Shown here piece after piece: positions 50,352-60,832 of a stretch of 64,000 bases of DNA; positions within the stretch are counted from its first letter, which is position 1, and each line of letters starts with the position of its first letter. The position numbers were made by a program, and so were the translations under genes. Below the pieces are notes generated by a model, which ran no database searches, was not told where the DNA came from, and saw only the letters and a program-made list of their open reading frames with translations. This DNA comes from Blastocladiella emersonii ATCC 22665 (lineage: Eukaryota; Fungi; Blastocladiomycota), in contig JANHCV010000001.1 of the NCBI GenBank assembly GCA_025594325.1, positions 1,736,001-1,800,000 of the forward strand, given 5' to 3'.

Positions 50352-51689
50352 GTTGGAGGGGGAACTGTTGACGGAAGTGCTACGTTGCAGAGAAGGTGGG
50401 GTTTCGTGACTGACGAGAGGAGAGAAGAGGGCGGACGGGGGCGGCGCTGGTCTTATAGCGTCTAGAAGCAGTCGGCGCCCACTCGCCCATGCGCGTGACG
50501 GCCTTAGAGGTCGGCGGCGACGTGCAGGGCAGGGTGAGGGTGGCTAGCCCCATATAGCGCTCCAAGTGGCTGAGACGGCAGGGCTAGTGTGGCGACGGGT
50601 CCTCCTGGCCCCAGGCCGCGGGCGGCTGCATGCACGGAAAATTAATGCGATTCCACTCAATGACCTCGATGTCTCCCCCCGCACCGCTTCTTTGCTCCTT
50701 CTCGACGTGATGTCTCCCACGTCAAAGCGAGCCTTGGGGTCGCGATCGTTGTCGAGGTGGTGGGGCACTCGCGGCTCCGACGCGTCACACTCGCTAAGAA
50801 TACACGATGGCCACGGTGACTGCGACGCGATCATCATCTCGCTGGCCATGGTCCTCGTGGTCGTAGCCGCGGCGAGCAGCAGGGTCGTGTCTTGATCCGC
50901 TGCAGCTCGCGCAAGCACCATCTTGACCCCGGGAGAATGACGATGGCCAATCATCGAGGGTCAAGGGTCGAGGGTCTAGGGCGAGTGGGGCCAGCGGCAC
51001 GGATCACCTTTCACGCGGAGTTGGCGACGGGCGGGGAAGGTCGGCAGTCGCCGAGGTGGGTCCGCGTGGGCCACCTCAAACCCGGGCGATCAGCATCGCC
51101 ATCACGGCCGCCACCACGACGACGCCCACCGCCGTCGCTGCGTTTGCAACCGTTCCGACCTGTGTTGGACGTGGCCACGGCCATCCTTATCATGTTCGCC
51201 GCCGCCCGTATGACGACATTCGCCAGCGGCTTCATGGCTCACGCGTTGAGGCTCGTGAAAACGAAAGCGCGGCGTTGCCACGGTGCTGAGCCGCACGGGT
51301 CCATGCGCCACAAGCGAGCGCAGCAGCGCAAGCCAAGTTGAGAGGTTGGTGGCTCAGGTTCGATGCGTCTTCTCGAACCTTCTATATGATGCCACCGCCA
51401 TCATCCATCTCGACGCGATGCGCCACACGCCCCATTCATGACCCATCACGCGGTCGCGAGGCCCCAGACGCCCCGCTCTCGCGCGCATGACGGACTGCGC
51501 GGCAACGCGGGTTGGGTTTGGTCCGCGTGGCCCCGCTCTCACTCGCAACGTGCGCGGCAGGCTCGCTCTCCCACCCCTTGCCGCCGCCTTGACATGATGC
51601 TGAGCACGTAAGCGATCCGGATGTGCGCCGTTCCGATGACCAGCGGGCCGTCCTCTCGACCCTCGCGGCGGGTCGCGAGCAGAGGAGGG

Positions 51690-54297
51690 AGAGGGCGGCA
51701 TCGAAGTGGGAGACGGCAAGCCCTACTAGGCTCGTGACCGCGGGTCAACGTGGCGCGTGAAAGCGACGCGTCGGCGCGCTCACCGCTCACCGCGAGCCGC
51801 CGCGACGCCCCACTCCCGCCGCTGCCGCCTGCACTCCCTTTTCCTCGCTGCCGAATCCATGACGAGGCGTGGTGGCGGCTGGTTCCGGCGTGGTGGTCAA
51901 GTAGCGGCGGCGATCCGCGTGTTGTGATGGAGTATCCTGTACATCATATAAACCCCCCTGCTGCTTGCACTACGCCGTCCCGAGTCTTTCGAGCAACCAG
52001 ATCAGGTGCATCTTGAGGGAGTCTCGACGTGTGGCGACGAAAGAGCGTGAGCTGAAGCGGTGGGGTGGTGAAAGAGCCTGATAAAGGGCGAGCCCCCGCT
52101 GCGCGTCTCGCCGAGCAACGCCACGCTGCCCAAGGGCACGGCGGCCATCATCACCGCGATCACGGACGGGCCGAATGCGCTCGGCGTCATGGACCCGACC
52201 ACTCCCTGCGCAACGGTCGACCTTTCCTGGGAGATCATGCGCTGCATGGTGCTGGCTGGGCCCAACCTCGCGTCGGCGAAGCTAGCGATGCTGCACAAGC
52301 TCGCTGAAGGTGGGCGCCCGAACCCGGACCCTGCACCCTGCGCGACAGTCCCCGCCGTAGTTCCTGTCCCCGCCAACGCGATCGACCCGGCCACCGAGTT
52401 CGGCAAGCGCACCTTCGAGTACGAGGCCGCCATCGAAGAAGCGCTTCGAGCCGGCGGGTACCTGCAGCAGCCGCTGACCGACTGCGCCATGGTCAAGAAG
52501 CGCGTGCTCGCTCAAGCGCTTGCCGCCCTCAAGGTGCCGGGCAATGGAAAAAAACAAGATGGAGAACGACCCCGCGACGCTCAAGACCCTGGTCTCCGTG
52601 CGCGAGTCCCTGATCGAGCTGCTCGCCGACGGCATCATGGACATAGTCGCGCGCAACGGAGCCGAGACCTGGAAGGGCGGCTACTGGGGGCACTCGAGCG
52701 GTCCCAACGCGCGCGACTTCATTCCGATCGTGGACTATTCCCACGCCCTCAAGCGCTCCGTGACGCAGGTGCACGAGTCCAAGTGCAGCGACAAGAAGAC
52801 GGCGAAGCGCGCGCAGGCGCCCGTGCCCGTGATCTCGGCCGAGGCGCGGCGTACGGCCGATCCGAGCGTGCTCGCACAGCTCGACGTCGAATCGAGTCCG
52901 CTCCGCCGTCTCGGGATCGCGAACCCGGGCGGGCCCTTCCACGTGCGCTGGGAGAAGCGCGACAAGCAGAACGAGCGGGAGGCGATGCGTATGCTCGATC
53001 CCGACGTCATCGCCGCGCTCCACGAGTACGCGGCCCTGGTCGGCCCCGCGGCAGTTGGCGAGTACGAGCGTGCGGCCACGGCGATCACGTCGCTGTACGA
53101 CGTCCACGACGATCCAGACCTCGCGCTCAAGCAGATGCGCGAGCTCCTCGTGCCCGTGCGCGAGTGGCTCTTCAAGTCGCTGGCCAAGCGCATGTTCTCC
53201 GTCGCGTACAAGAAACGGCGCAACGACCTGTCCAACGGGCTCAACTTCGAGACGGGCATCGCCCTGATGATGCTCGTCCTCGCCGTCGAGTTCCTCGTCA
53301 AGCTAGCCCACGACGAGGTCGACGAGAACAAGCCGCTCTGGGTCATCCTGCGCGCATTCAGTACCAACATCGTTGAGTGCTTTTTCTCGCTGATCAAGGC
53401 CATCGGCAACCGCGACGGCCGCGGGCTCAAGCTGAGCACGGCCACCGATATCGTGCGGATGATGGCCAAGTACGACGAGCTCGAGCGCCAGAACCTGCTG
53501 ACGATCGAGGAGCTCGGCTTCATGACGACCGGGCAGAGTCGCCGCGCGAGCTACACGAACCGGCACGAAGCCGAGCGCGCAAAAGCGCACGCGGCGTCCA
53601 TGGCGGTAGCGGCGGCGGCATCCTCGGCCGCGACTGGCCCTGCAGCACCCGGACCAGCGGTACGCGCGCGCGGTGGAGAAGACGGATCCGACGATGAGGA
53701 CGACGTGCACGAGCTGTGCGTCGCGGGATACGACGAGGACCGGCCGACATGGCGGGGCCCGGTCAAGACGAAGGACGGTGCGCCGATCCGGCCCAACTTC
53801 TTCGTGGCGGAGCGGTCCCTCAACGAGATCATCCGGCGCGCCACCATGGCGATGCGGCCCAACGGGCCCGGCGCCAAGAGCTCAACGGCGAAGCGCATGG
53901 CCAGCGTCGAGCCAATGGAGCTCGGTATCGACGCGGGGCGCCAGCGGGAGGAGCACGGCAATAAGCGCCAGCGCAAGAACAAGCCGAAGAGCGTCGGCCC
54001 ACAGGCCGAGCTCGACCTCGCCAAGGATGGGATCATCGTGTCGGCGCAGCTCCGATCCATTCACCACTACGAGCCGTACAAGGAGTAGTGTATCATGTAT
54101 CGCAAGAGGTCGTGTATTATTCATAAAGTGAGAGTTTCATCGAGGCGACCGTGGTCCGCACATTGCCGGCTGCGAGGAGAGGAGTGGTGAAGTGGCCGCG
54201 CAGGCGGCGCCGCCGACGCGTCGCTTTCACGCGCCACGTTGACCCGCGGTCACGAGCCTAGTAGGGCTTGCCGTCTCCCACTTCGATGCCGCCCTCT
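51690..54297 (+). mobile_element. TIR DNA transposon, P-superfamily-like, probably non-autonomous or degenerate
   Basis: Perfect 87-bp inverted repeats at 51690-51776 and 54211-54297 flank a transposase-like reading frame; no convincing TSD. Confidence 0.85.
52072..54088 (+). pseudogene. frameshifted DDE transposase with a DxxH motif (P/THAP9-like)
   Basis: ITAITDGPN, FIPIVDYSHALK, RDKQNEREAMRMLDPDV, RAFSTNIVECFFSLIK; +1 frame change around an A7 run (52548-52554); N-terminus not traceable. Confidence 0.65.
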
Positions 54298-54567
54298 GGC
54301 TCTTGGGCCATTGGCGGCAGTCCGCTCTCTCGACGATGTTACTTGGCGCCCTAGCATGATGTTTGACCCAGTTTTGTTTGTCTCACCGCGGGCAAGTGGG
54401 GCATGATGGTCGTCGGCTCTCGTTGATCACAATTCCATCATTTCTGCAATTACATATCCCAACTTGCTTGAACACACCGAGCTGGTCTGGAACAGGGTTC
54501 GAGCAATCGAGTGCCCTACAACTCCGGTGTGTTTGCCCCGAAGCTTGTCCCTACTCTCTCCGCTCGA

Positions 54568-56141
54568 ATGAAGCTTTCAAAGATGATTTCCTCGCCATAC
54601 CCGGTGCTCATCGCCGCCGTGTTCTGGCTCGCACTCGTCACATCCCCGGCCGCCGCTGGACCTTGGCCCGCCGAGACCGCCAACGGGTTTCGCGGCATCG
54701 CCGTGACGTACATGTCTCGTCTCAAGCTGCTGACCGTGTACGGCGGCGAGACCGTCCCCGTGGGCGCGCCCGCGAACGCGACGGGCCGCGCGCTGCCGAC
54801 CGTCTTCTCGCTCGATCTCTCGAAGCCGTTCGACCTCGCCGCGCCGGGTCCCGAGCCCGCGATCGTCACCGTTCAGCCGCCGCTCGGCGCAACGGGCGTC
54901 GCCAACCTGGTCCCGCTCATGTACCAGTCCTCGCCCAACGAGCCGTGCCGCGTCCTGCTCGCGGGCGGCAACTCGGCTGCGGGCGCGCCCAACACGCAAG
55001 TGTTCGAGTACGAGTTCCCCGCGACGGGCAGCGGTCAGGCCAAGCTGACGACGGGCAGCAAGAACGCGTCGCTGCCGCTCTACCCGGCGCGCGTCGCGGT
55101 GCTCTCGGACACGGTGCCGGGCGCGATGGGCCGCACGGCGAGGGTCGTCGGCGGGCTCGTGCGGAACGCAACGGGTGGGTTCGTTGAGACGTACGCTGTG
55201 ACGACCATCGATGAGGTGCCGAATCCTTTGTTCTCCTGAGCGTTTATCGCGGCTAAATCGCATCCGTCGTCGTACTCTCTATGATTCCAGACGGGCACGG
55301 TCAAGTCAATCACCGACTTCAACTCGCGCGAGAGCCCGGGCCGCGCTGGATCCGCCGTCAACGCGTCGAGCGCGACCGCGTTCTGGTCGGCTGCCCGGCC
55401 GGCCGAGCTCAGGATGCGGCTCAACGAGTTCATGACGCAGATGTGGGCGTTCGATCCGACGACTCGCGCGTGGACTTTCCGCATGCTGTTTCCGGGCAGT
55501 CTGCGATCCGTGGGCCGCGACCACGCCGCCGTTTCATACGTCGGCGTGAACGGGACGCAGTACGACATCTTCATCGGTGGCCGTGACGCCGAGTCACTCG
55601 TCACGTACGTGCACCCGGGCTACGCGCGCGGGTTCCCGGGCGTCGTACAGAACCCGAGCATGGGCCCGCTCGCCATGGAGAACCCGGCGGCGGTGGTTCT
55701 TGGGAACACGATCGTGATCCTCGGCGGCGGCGCGATGCAGCCCGCGAACTGGTCGCGCAAGGTTATCAACTTGCTCAAGATCGACACGTTGGCCGATGGC
55801 ACGCTCGCGTTCCGCTGGTGCGTTTGTGCGTTCGTAACCTCCTTCCGCGCTTCTGACTCACCTGATGCGATGCGTGTAGGGTCGACACGCTGGATCCAGC
55901 GACCTTCACCGCTCCGGTGGCCATCGAACCGTTGAAGATCTCGGCCAAGGTCTCCGACCTCAGCAGGACCATCACGCAGGGCATCTCGCCGTCGATGGTT
56001 TTCGTCCCCGCTGCGGCGATTGTTGCGATCATCGTTGCCGGCGTTGGCGCTCTGTCGTACGCGGGGCATCGGTACCGCGAGCGGTTCTTTGCCAACGGCG
56101 GCGGCGCGACGATCGTCATGCAGCGTCGCCCATTGGCGTGA
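54568..56141 (+). CDS. type I membrane protein with a kelch-like beta-propeller ectodomain, paralog A
   Basis: Signal peptide, GG-containing kelch-like blades (LTVYGGE, VLLAGGN, IFIGG, IVILGGG), single TM segment, short tail; 2 introns. Confidence 0.75.
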
Positions 56142-56702
56142 TTACGCCCAATAGATGGCCGTATGAGCATCTATCCTGTGTGTGATCGCGACAGGAATGG
56201 GCGCCGACCAAGCCGTTGGCGGCGCAGCTAAAGCACGACGCGCTGCGCCACACTGATCGGGACGCGACGCGCCACGGTGCTGGCCGGCCGTCCCTTGCGG
56301 TCGCGTCCCCGGAACAATAGTGGTGAATCGATGAATATGGTCCGCATGGGCCACATCAAGTTTGACCCCTCTCAGGTTTAGATCTCGTGCAGGTGCCGAA
56401 CCATCATCTCCTTCTCATCGAGCGAGAGGGATAACGATGACCTGTACCTTCAACGGCTCCTTGTACACGAGCAGGCATCGACCTTTTCCGATATCATCAT
56501 TCGATCAACGTGTGAGCCGCTGCCCGGATCGCCGACCGTGACCGAAGCCTTCTTCCAGCACCGCGGCGCAGCCAGTCGAGCTGTTCGGGAGCAAAATTCG
56601 GTTGATCGAGTGTCGTTGCCGTTCGGAGCTGAAGCACCTGGCGCCGTCCTTGTGGCTACAAAAGCGGAGGGGCGCCCTCTCTCGCTCTCCCCGCTGACCT
56701 CA

Positions 56703-58298
56703 ATGCTACGCTCAATGAAGCCACTCTCTCTTACATCGCTGATCGCCGTACTCTGGCTCACGCTCGCCGCGTCCCCGGCGGCGGCCGGCCCGTGGCCTGC
56801 AGAAACCACAGCCAACGGGTTCCGTGGCGTCGCCGTGACGTACATGTCGCGCCTCAAGCTGCTGACTGTGTACGGCGGCGAGACCGTTCCAGTCGGCGCG
56901 GCTGCGAACGCGACGGGCCGCGCGCTGCCGACCGTCTTCTCGCTCGATCTCTCGAAGCCGTTCGACCTCGCCGCGTCGGGCCTCGAACCCGCCATTGTGA
57001 CCATGCAGCCGTCGCTCGGCGCCACGGGCGTCGCCAATCTGGTCCCGCTTATGTACCAGTCCTCGCCCAACGACCCGTACCGCGTACTTCTCGCTGGTGG
57101 CAACTCGGCCGCGGGCGTGCCCAACACGCAGGTGTTCGAGTACGAGTTCCCCGCGACCGCATCGGACCCGGCGGCCGTGCAGGCCAAGCTGACGACGGGC
57201 AGCAAGAACGCGTCGCTGCCGCTGTACCCGGCGCGCGTCGCGGTGCTCTCGGACACGGTGCCGGGCGCGATGGGCCGCACGGCGACCGTGATGGGCGGGC
57301 TCGCGCGTAACCAGACCGGCGGGTTCACGACGACCAACCTCGACTTGAACTTTAACCTGAACAAGACGAGCCCGGTCGCGACGATTGACGATGTACGTGC
57401 GCGCTCCCACGGCGTGCGGAAGAGCAACGCTGACGCTGATACTCGCGCGGTTGTAGACGGGCGTGGTCACGACCACGACCGAGCCCAACCCGATCCCGAG
57501 CATGTCCCGCGCCATCGATTCCGCGAGCGCGACGCTGCTCTGGTCGGCCCGCGAGTCGCCCGAGCTCAAGCTTCGGCTCACCGAGGCCTCGGGGCAGCTG
57601 ATGTCGTACGACCCAGCGACGCGGGTGCGCCGCAACCAACCGCTGGCGCGCGGCGACCTGGGGTTCATCGGCCGCGACCCCGCCGCCGTCACGTACGTCG
57701 GCGCGAACGGGGAGCGCTACGACATCTTCCTCGGCGGCGGCGGCCGGGGCGGCCGCGCGCTCATCACGTACGTGCGCGCGAACACGTCGACCGCGTTCAC
57801 GGGCGTGGTGCGCAACCCGGACATGGGCCCGCTCGCCGTCGAGAGCCCCGCGGCGGTGGTTCTTGGGAACACGATCGTCGTTGTCGGCGGGATCAACGTG
57901 CAGCCCGCGAGCTGGCCGCGCAAGGTCATCAACCTGCTCAAGATTGAGTCGATGGCCGACGGCACGCTCGCGTTCCGCTGGTACGCTCGTCTCTCACGTC
58001 GTGTCGATGAGCCGCGGCTAACATCTCGCGATGCGCTAGGGTCGACAAGCTGGACCCCACGAATTTCACGGCGCCCGCGACCGTCGAGCCGCTAACCATC
58101 ATCAAGCCGGCGGACCGCGACGTGTCGGTCGAATCAACGAGTTCGGGCCCGTCATCGATGGTTGCCGTGGCCTTGGCGGTCGCAGGCATCGCCTGCTTTG
58201 TGGGGCTCCTCTCGTACGCTGGCCACCGGTCCCGCGAGCGCTTCCTCAATAACGGCGGCAGCGTGACGATCGCGATGCGGGACCGCACGGCGGCGTGA
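56703..58298 (+). CDS. type I membrane protein with a kelch-like beta-propeller ectodomain, paralog B (tandem duplicate)
   Basis: Near-identical N-terminal half to paralog A, same intron positions, TM segment and tail. Confidence 0.75.
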
Positions 58299-58351
58299 TG
58301 CGGCGGGAGAAGTGATATAGATAGACGTATATGTGCATTTCTGGCTCAAAA

Positions 58352-60487
58352 TCACTCGATGGACGAGAGCGGCGACGACGAGGACGTGGCCGGGGTCTGT
58401 GCCGCCTGTGACGCGGCGGCGGCAGCCTCGCCCGCTGCGTCCACAGGTGGCGCGGCGGAAGCGACCTGCTCGGCACCCGCAGGCGCGGCGGCAACGGGCG
58501 CGGGGGTAGTTGCCGGAACCGGGAACGAGAGCGCGAGGGTATGGTCGACGGGCTGGAACGTGACCTGCGGGAGCGGGGTACCGGACCCGCTGGGCGTGGC
58601 GAGCGTGGTCAGGGCGGGTGTCGAGTCGGCCGTGGAAGCCATGGACGCGCCGGCCGAGGTCGGGACCGACACACCTGCAGCAGCGGCCGCGGCCGCGGCG
58701 GCGGCAATAGCAGCCGCATCGGGCACCGCGGGAGCACCATCAGCAGCGGCAGGCGCCGGAGTAGCAGTTGCCGCCGCCGACGATGCCCCAGCAGCGCCTC
58801 CACCGCGCCCACCCCGCGGAGCCCGGCCCCCGCGACGCTTGGACCCGCCCCGCGCCGCGCTCGCCGCGGCCTTGGCCGCAGCAGCAGCCGCCTCCGGACC
58901 CGCCCCACTCGCGACAGCAGCCGCGGCCGCCGCCTCGGCAGCAGCGGCGGCGGCGGCCTTGGACTTGAGGAAGCGGCGGCGGGCGTTGATGAACCAGTGG
59001 TCGATCTGGTCGCGGGTGAGCCCCGTGAGCTCGCACAGGAGCTGCTTCTGCTCCTCGTCCGGGTACGGGTGGGCCTCGTGCTTGAGGATCCAGCTGCGCA
59101 GCAGCTCCGTGACCTGCGGCTTGTGGTTGATGCGCTTCGGGCGCTTGGCGGGCGGGCCCGCGGACCCGTCGTCGGCGGCGGGAGGGTCGGATGACGACGC
59201 GGCGGGATCGGCGGCGGCCGGGGCGGGTGCGGCAGTGGCGGCGGCGGGGACAGCGGGAGCGGGGGTGCCGGCGGAACTGCCCGCACCGCTCGCAGCGGCG
59301 GCCGCGGCGGCCGCGGCAGCAGCCGCCTGCTGGCGGCGCTTGGCGACGCGCTTGCGCGTGGTGGTCGAGACGTTGGTGATCCCACAGTTGGCGGCGTTAG
59401 CGACGGCAGCCGCGGCAGCCTCGGCGGCGTTCCCGGCCATGATGGACTCGCCGCCCATGATGGTGTTGAAGTTGGCGGACGCCTGGGCCATGACGGCCTC
59501 GAAGAGCGCGTCCATGGCGACAATGTGCTGGTGGAACTCGAGGATGTGCGAGATGAGGATGACGATCGCGGACCGGACGAGGTGGTCGAGCTGGCTGTCG
59601 CTGAGGCTGTCCGGGTATACGAGCATATTGTTGGCCGGGTTGTTGTTGTTCGCGGGCGGCGGGTTGGCGTCGCCGCCGTGCTCGACGAAGTGCCGCTCGA
59701 CGCTGTCGCTCACGCCGGCCAGGATCAGCTGGATCTCGGGCACCTCGGTCGCCACCGACGCGCGGTGCCGGTACACGGTCAGCTCCGTGACGAGTGGGAA
59801 CAGCGGGTGCCGCCCGATCCGCGCCCGCACCTCGAGCTTGGTGAACTCGGAGAACTGGTTGCCCGTCGCCGCCGCCATGTGCGGCGGCAGCGAGAACCCG
59901 GACGCCGCCGCCGCCATGGCCGCCGCGTACGGGTGCGCGAACGGCGCGTGCGCTGCCGCGTGCGAGTGGGCGGCAGCGTGCGGGTGCGGCGCGGGCGCGG
60001 CAGGGTGGTAGTGCAGACCATGCGGCGGCGGCGGGAAGTGCAGGCCGGGCGGCGGCGGACCCGAGGTGGCGAGCGAGCCGGGCGGCGGGTGGAGGCCGCC
60101 GGCAGCGACTGCAGCGACGGCCGCGACAGCAGCAGCCGCAGCCGCGGCGGGTGTGGCGCCCGTCAGGTCGGCGAGCGACGGCGTGCCCTCCATGGCCGCC
60201 GCGTGCGCCTGGGCCTGCGCTTGGGCATGTGCGTGCGCGTGGGCCGCCTGCATCTGGGACTGCAGCTGCGACTGGACGTCCATGTCCATGTCCATGTCCA
60301 TGTGATCCGGCGGCGGCGGCGGGACGAGAGCAGCAGCGTCGTGGGTAGGCGCGGGAGCGGGAGCGGCCGAGACGTCCACGTCCATGGCATCGCCGCCGTT
60401 GGCCGTCGTGGCCTCGGGTGCGGCAGCGGGAACGGGGGCCGGCGGGGGCGCGGGAACCTCGACCGGGCAGGGTGCGGTATCCGTCAT
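58352..60487 (-). CDS. TALE homeodomain transcription factor with MEIS/KNOX (MEINOX) N-terminal boxes
   Basis: RARIGRHPLFPLV; DSQLDHLVRSAIVILISHILEF; homeodomain LLRSWILKHEAHPYPDEEQKQLLCELTGLTRDQIDHWFINARRR; intronless. Confidence 0.88.
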   Translation of the reverse strand: MTDTAPCPVEVPAPPPAPVPAAAPEATTANGGDAMDVDVSAAPAPAPTHDAAALVPPPPPDHMDMDMDMDVQSQLQSQMQAAHAHAHAQAQAQAHAAAMEGTPSLADLTGATPAAAAAAAVAAVAAVAAGGLHPPPGSLATSGPPPPGLHFPPPPHGLHYHPAAPAPHPHAAAHSHAAAHAPFAHPYAAAMAAAASGFSLPPHMAAATGNQFSEFTKLEVRARIGRHPLFPLVTELTVYRHRASVATEVPEIQLILAGVSDSVERHFVEHGGDANPPPANNNNPANNMLVYPDSLSDSQLDHLVRSAIVILISHILEFHQHIVAMDALFEAVMAQASANFNTIMGGESIMAGNAAEAAAAAVANAANCGITNVSTTTRKRVAKRRQQAAAAAAAAAAAASGAGSSAGTPAPAVPAAATAAPAPAAADPAASSSDPPAADDGSAGPPAKRPKRINHKPQVTELLRSWILKHEAHPYPDEEQKQLLCELTGLTRDQIDHWFINARRRFLKSKAAAAAAAEAAAAAAVASGAGPEAAAAAAKAAASAARGGSKRRGGRAPRGGRGGGAAGASSAAATATPAPAAADGAPAVPDAAAIAAAAAAAAAAGVSVPTSAGASMASTADSTPALTTLATPSGSGTPLPQVTFQPVDHTLALSFPVPATTPAPVAAAPAGAEQVASAAPPVDAAGEAAAAASQAAQTPATSSSSPLSSIE

Positions 60488-60832
60488 GACGGGCGGGCGG
60501 GTGGCTAGACTAGCGGATCCATTGCGTTACATGAAGAGCGTGGTGCACTGTGCTGCAAGAGCGCGGGAGAGGGGGAGAGCGTACCAGCGATGCGGCTCGA
60601 CGCGGGCGGGCTGGTTCGCGAGGGCGAGAGCAGCGTGAGAGAAGCGACGGGCGCGCGACGAGACTGACCCTTCAAACTCATCCGCTCCCCGAGCATCACG
60701 TGGCGGTGCGTGCTACTTTTCAAGGCAGCGAAACGATGATGGCGAGGGTGATGGTGATGGTGATGGTGATGCTAAGAGAAAAACTACGTTTATATAATGT
60801 ACGGGGGAGGCGAACAGACCGAGGGATCAAGC

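Noticed and set aside
50545-50590. CTAGCCC...GGGCTAG hairpin containing AAGTGG-CT-GAGACGGCA, resembling part of the transposon TIR
   Set aside because: The match is short, has no partner repeat, and lies in the ACSL promoter; chance similarity cannot be excluded.
50600-51680. Assorted short ORFs and a GPI-like hydrophobic tail (ANAATAVGVVVVAAVMAMLIARV, minus strand, about 51075-51150)
   Set aside because: No continuous frame, start or recognisable domain; at most unidentifiable relic DNA.
51670-54310. Target-site duplication for the TIR element
   Set aside because: No 7-9-bp direct repeat at any plausible pair of ends; only a trivial GG dinucleotide match.
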